This document shows positions 32,901-38,900 of a stretch of 52,509 nt of DNA, piece after piece; position 1 is the first letter of the stretch; each line of letters starts with the position of its first letter. The position numbers were made by a program, and so were the translations under genes. This DNA comes from a virus (Duplodnaviria; Caudoviricetes). The stretch is from the IMG/VR virus record IMGVR_UViG_3300009124_000019, positions 1 to 52,509 of that record; one strand, given 5' to 3'. Under the pieces are notes generated by a model, which saw nothing but the letters and a program-made list of their open reading frames with translations, did not search any database and was not told the DNA's origin.

Positions 32901-35900
32901 CACGTTAAGTTTCCACCATACACGCTGACCAGCAGCATATAGAATGCCAGGAGTGTGCTCAGGCATGTCAAGACCAATATATTGAGGTCTTGGATAAGGA
33001 TGCTCTGTCAGATCAATGGTAAACTTACCAGCATCGTCAATAAACGACCAGTTGATAACACCATCACTCACCACACCTGCATTATGTGTGGGGGGAATTG
33101 CACCAGATGTACCAGCACCTTGTGCTTCATAGATACGCTTGTTATTATAAACGCGATCTCCAGCATTGTATGCTACAGAAGCTTCCCAAGGATTCTCTTC
33201 TTCTTCGCTTTGGAAGTATTCTCCCAGAATCTGGTTAACATCGCCAGCAGTAGTCCTGAATCTATCAGTGCTGTTGAATGTGCCAAAGATCTTACCAACT
33301 TTATAAGTTGTGCCAAGACCAGGCTCCAACAGAGTCCCTGCAGGACATTCGACAATTGTGCCAAAAGCAGTTGTAGTGCCTACAGCATTAAATTGCTGAA
33401 GAATAGTGTACTTCGTCAGTTTGACGGGTTGAGTGAATACAATCTCTTGGACGTTATCAACCTTATTATAAAGTGCGTCACGGAGATAGAATTTGGGCAC
33501 CACGTCTGCTTCCAGAAGCACTCGTTGACCACGAGGTGATGGAATGGTGGAAGTCTTAGATGCATACTGGAAATATGCAGATGTTGTGGCAACAGTGCCA
33601 GGAATCAACTGTGCCTGTGTCTGAGACATGTCCAGAATTTGCAGACCACCAGGACCTTCTTCCCACGCTTGCATTGCTGGAATAATTACTGTATTCCAAA
33701 TGATATCAGTTGTAATCTCAGTAAATGTGAGATTATTATTCTTGGTGAGACCAGTAAAGGTGTATGCTGCTCTCTGAGTATGCACTCTGTCAAACTTAAC
33801 AATAAATGAGTCAGAGTTTGAAGTGGTTACTGGGATATATGCACTTGGAATTGAATAAGAGTTTTCATAAGGTGCAATATCATCAACAACGATATCATCG
33901 ATGTTGCCACGGAAAGAATTGGCAGTAGTAGGAGTACTTTGAGGACCACCAATGGTAATATCATCTAATGCAACGTCCGTCGTGCTTTGGAATTGTGCTT
34001 GGACGTTTCCATTGATGAAGACTTCATATCTGTAAAGACCAAGGGACTCTTGACGCTTCTGGAATGTCACATGGACCCATGTTGCACTAGCAAATGCAGT
34101 CCAGTTAGTTGTAGTTGTTGAAGATGCAACCTGAGATCCATTCAGGTAGATTTTTACCTTCTCATAGTCAGGAGATGTTGCATCACCATCAATATCCATA
34201 CGGATACTGTTAGTATTGGTGCTATCAGTAACATCAAAGAATGTAGGTTGATGATTAGTGCCATATACAGTAGTATTCATCGACATCCATGCTCTAATAC
34301 TCCAAGAAGTAGGAGTAAGACCTAAATCGGTAATAGAGATAGGTGCAACGTCCTGAATCTTCAGAGATCCAGATCCAAACTTATAAACAGCAGGGTCATA
34401 CAGGGTCTCATTGATATCAAAGTACTGATATGTGCCCAACTCTTGCTTAGTTGTATCTTCTTGCAAGTTTGCCGAGTTGTCAAAGCGTAGAGAGATGATT
34501 TGATCGCACTGTTGACGATTGGCAAGGATATGGCAGTCACCAGAGTTATCAACTGTATGATTTGCTGCCTGGAAACCAATATTTCCAGGATCATCAACTT
34601 TAGTCTGCTTTAGAAGAGTGCCATCATACTTAAGATATGAAATAACTGAATATCTTTGATTCTCACTCTCGATGATATCAGTTACCAGATTATAGTTGCC
34701 AAATACGTCTACACTGATGTTTGCATGGTTAATAGACAGGAAGTCGCCAGAAACACTAATAGTTTTTGCCCATTCCCACTCAGTATTTGCAGATGCTCTG
34801 AGGAATTTGTTGATTTGTACTTTATCATTCTTAGCAAGTGCCGAATTGAAGATATCCCACACTAGAATGATTGCACCATACTCATCCATGGTAAATCTTG
34901 GATTTTCGACTCGTCCACCAATAGTAGGCATTTGACGAATCCAATCCATCTCAATATTTGCACCATCATAGATAAATTCACCAAAGATGCAGTCATCATT
35001 CTCTTCGTTGACACCAACAAAGAAGAATCTGTCATCAGAGATCCACATGATCTGCTGCATTTTTTCAGATCCATCTTCAGATGCAACCTTACGCTTCTCT
35101 ACAAGGTCTCCATCAATACCACACTGGATAATCCACATATCTTGAGGATCTGGAGAGTTGGTATCGGTATAACCACAGAGATAGATACGCTTATCTTGAT
35201 CCAGTGCAATAGAAGTTACATAGTCTCTTCTAGTACTACCAGAGATACCTGCAATAGACTTCTGCCAGAGCAGAATGCCGTCAGGGGAGTTGGCATTATT
35301 GAAACCAGACTCGTAAAGTCCCAACCAGACATCTGGGTTGTAGACTGCGTTGTCAGGATCAAATGTTTGGCCAGTAACATAAATTCGGTCGTTTTCTAAT
35401 GACTCATCAATAGCCATTCTAAGGAATTCGGCACGCTTCTGATTAGGATTGGTAGGAATAAGAGTCCTTTCCCAAATCAGTTGTCCAAGGTCATCAAACT
35501 TGGCGAGGAATCCCATTCTATCTTCATCAACTTCCTCGATGCTTCCACAAATATAGGTATAGCGATCTGAAGTAGATTTGATGTCATAGACAGTAACTGT
35601 ACCAGTCGCCTCAACATATTCAGACAACCAATAACGGGTCTTCTTAAATTGCTGAGGATGGGAAACACGAATTTGAGGAGGATTCTCAGGATCATAAGCA
35701 TTACCAGAGTTAATGATATTAACTTTATTAACTTGACCAGTATTTTCAAGTACAATCTCCAGAAGACCATCTTGTCCTGAAGTAGTAATCAACTCAAAGG
35801 TAGGAGGAATATCTTCGTTATAACCAATACCAACTTGAGTGACATTAACTCTTTCGACACCAGAGACAACTTTTACTTTATAGTTTTTGTTGGTGTTATC

Positions 35901-38900
35901 GACAACAGGAGTGGAGTTGACAATGATTTCGTCTTGCTGACGAAGGTCATGTACTGCATCAGTAACAATCACACCATAAGGGCGATCACCAATGATCTCT
36001 TTACTGTAAGATTGGATGTTTTGACCCTTAACAGACTCAATCTGTGCAGATGCACCGAAACCACCAGTATCAGCATCATCGAAGAATACAATGTCATTGA
36101 CCTGGTAAGACTTACCTGGGTTTTCAATAACGAAACCGTCAATCTGAGCATCTTCAAACTGAGTAGTTGTCTCAACTTCGATATCAACTCTAGACTCCTT
36201 AGAAACTTGAGGGAAGTAGTCATAGATCTGCAGAGTTGCCTCTTCGGACATCTCAAGGATCTCTTGTTGCTCATTAGCATCAATCAGACCATCATTATTA
36301 CTATCTTGGATTTCAAAGATAATGGGATATCCTTCGATCTCAGTCGTCAGGACATCGGACTCTTGGTTGGGTTGACGGTCAATATCAATATCGACGTTAA
36401 CGTATGGATCCCTGAATCTTACAACGTTAGATGGGATATTCTCTTGAGTTGCACCCTGAGCAAAATTCCAATTGTCAGGAAGAGAGTTAAATTGAGGTCC
36501 AATAATGTATGGGAATTCTGCAACACCCGCTTCAGATGCATCAATAGTAATAAAGTATGCATATGTGCCGTCAGGGAAATCTGGAGTCTTACAGAAACGC
36601 CCATTGTAGTTATCTAAATCACCAGACTGGAAGTCATAGGTATAGTCATCAATAAATGTACCTGGTGCATAGTCATCAATTGTGGGACCATCAATACGAG
36701 CAGGGTTTGGATTAGTTGCTGCATCAAAAACAACGTTGTCCTTTAACTTATAGGATGTACGTAGTCTTCTGATACCACTGTTTTGGTCAGTTGGGTCAAT
36801 GTAACCATAGGGACCATAAATGGGGTTACCATCAAACGCCCAACCCAAAATAGGAGAGTGCTCAAAGTTAGATGCAACTTCTTGGAATTGCTGTGTAACA
36901 GGATTTAGGAAGACGTTATCGCCAACCACATAACGAAGCTCTTTAGGATCGCTAACGTGAGCATATTCACCACCAAACTGGTTATTCAGACCAGTAAAGA
37001 CGTATCCTCTTGCAAAATCAAATTTATTTTGGAGGTCATACTGGAGATTTTTATTCCACTCAAAGACTTCGGGGGAGAATGTTGCAAACTCACCAACAGA
37101 TTGCAGTCTGACTGTAGTTTGACCTTGAGTATATCCAATACCTCTGTTTGTAATCGTAATACTAAGTACACGACCTTTATCTTCACCGATAGTGCCAATG
37201 GTTGCCTTTGCAATTGCACCGAAACCATCACCATTGATAATAACTTCTGGTGCAGTAGTGTAACCCCTACCAGAGTTAATAATAGCAATAGAAACAATAC
37301 GACCATTGATCACAATAGGTTGTGCCAGAGCACCTTCGCCAGAGTTGACTCTAACTGCGGGCAATGAAGTATATCCAGTGCCATTAGATACCAGTGAAAC
37401 GCTTTGAATAGGACCACGGACACTTGCAGTTGCCTCAGCACCTGTGCCACCACCACCAGTAATAGAAACGCTAGGTTGTGAAGTATATCCTGTGCCTGGT
37501 TGCTCAACCAGAATTCTGGTGACGCGACCACCAGTTACGACAGCTTGTGCAGTTGCTCCAATACCACCACCGCCAACGATGGAGACCAGAGGAGATTCGG
37601 TATATCCGCTACCTTCAGCAGTAACTTCAAATCCACTCAAACTGCCGTTGACAACAACTTCACCGACAGCACCTGTGCCACCGCCACCAGTAATTTCAAG
37701 AGTGGGCTTGCTACCTGCATCATAGTCTTGACCTTTATTGGTAACAGTAATACCAGTCAGAGGACCAAATCTAACAAACTCTCTAGACTTGTATGCCCAA
37801 ATAGACACACCATTCACCCAAGATCCAATCGAGCTGTTTGCAGAGATATCTTGACGCTCAGAAATCGTTTGGACGAGTCTAGGGAAACGAAGTAGTTTAC
37901 GCTGGTTACCAGGAATCAGCGCCGAGCCAGTGAAAGGACCAATCTTATAATTGGGTAGACCAGAAGCAGCAACATAAACGTGATCATCGTTAAAGAAGGA
38001 GTTTTGAATGTTTGTAGTAAACTCACTTACAACTTTATTGATAGATGTGATGTCCGACTTGCCTCTATTCAGGTCAACCGACAACAGGATATTACCAGCA
38101 GGGATAATTTCTGTAGGGGTATTGATCTGATATGAGAATTGTAATTCGTCAATACGAGATGTGACAGTAAAGGTGCCGTTATAAACAACGGGGTTTGCAC
38201 CATAAATTGTCACCTGATCGGATACCAATAGACCATGAGGGTTATCGCAAACAACAGTTGCAGTCTGGTTGTTAACACCACCAGGAGTAACACTATTGAC
38301 TTGGATCAGTTTTTTAACATTGTACAACCAAGAAGTCAGTCTTTCATCTTCGGCAGTAGATCCCAGTTTAGCAACTTTTAGTTTGTCACCTTGCAGATAG
38401 TAAGACCCAGTGTCATCAAGGACAGTGGTGCCTGCTTCAGCAATACCAAGGACTCTGAGTTTACATTCGTTTGGCAGACCTCTATTCGCATAAACGAAAA
38501 TGTCTGAGAAAATTCTTGTGCCAGGATCCCAGTCTTCTACAAAACCATTCTTAGACCTGGTGCATTCAATAAACTGGTTAAGTGACTTCTCCTTATATTG
38601 TACTTGCTCCTCATCATTGATTATGATGGTGCCGTTTCTTTCTGGCCATCCAATCGTAGAGTCAACGGTAATAATCTGACCAGTTGTAGTCAAAGGCTCA
38701 ACTAGAGTCGTCTTGTAAGGAATAATAAAGTTGCCAGCAAGAGTTTCTTCAGAAATTGCCAATTCGTAGATAGTATCACTACCTTCGATAATTGTAATGA
38801 CGTTTTCAATCAGAGCACTTGCAGGTTTTACTGACAAGTCAACTTCATCAGCATATTGAGTCAACTGGGAGTCTTTAAGATCTAGAGGATCTCCAGAAAT

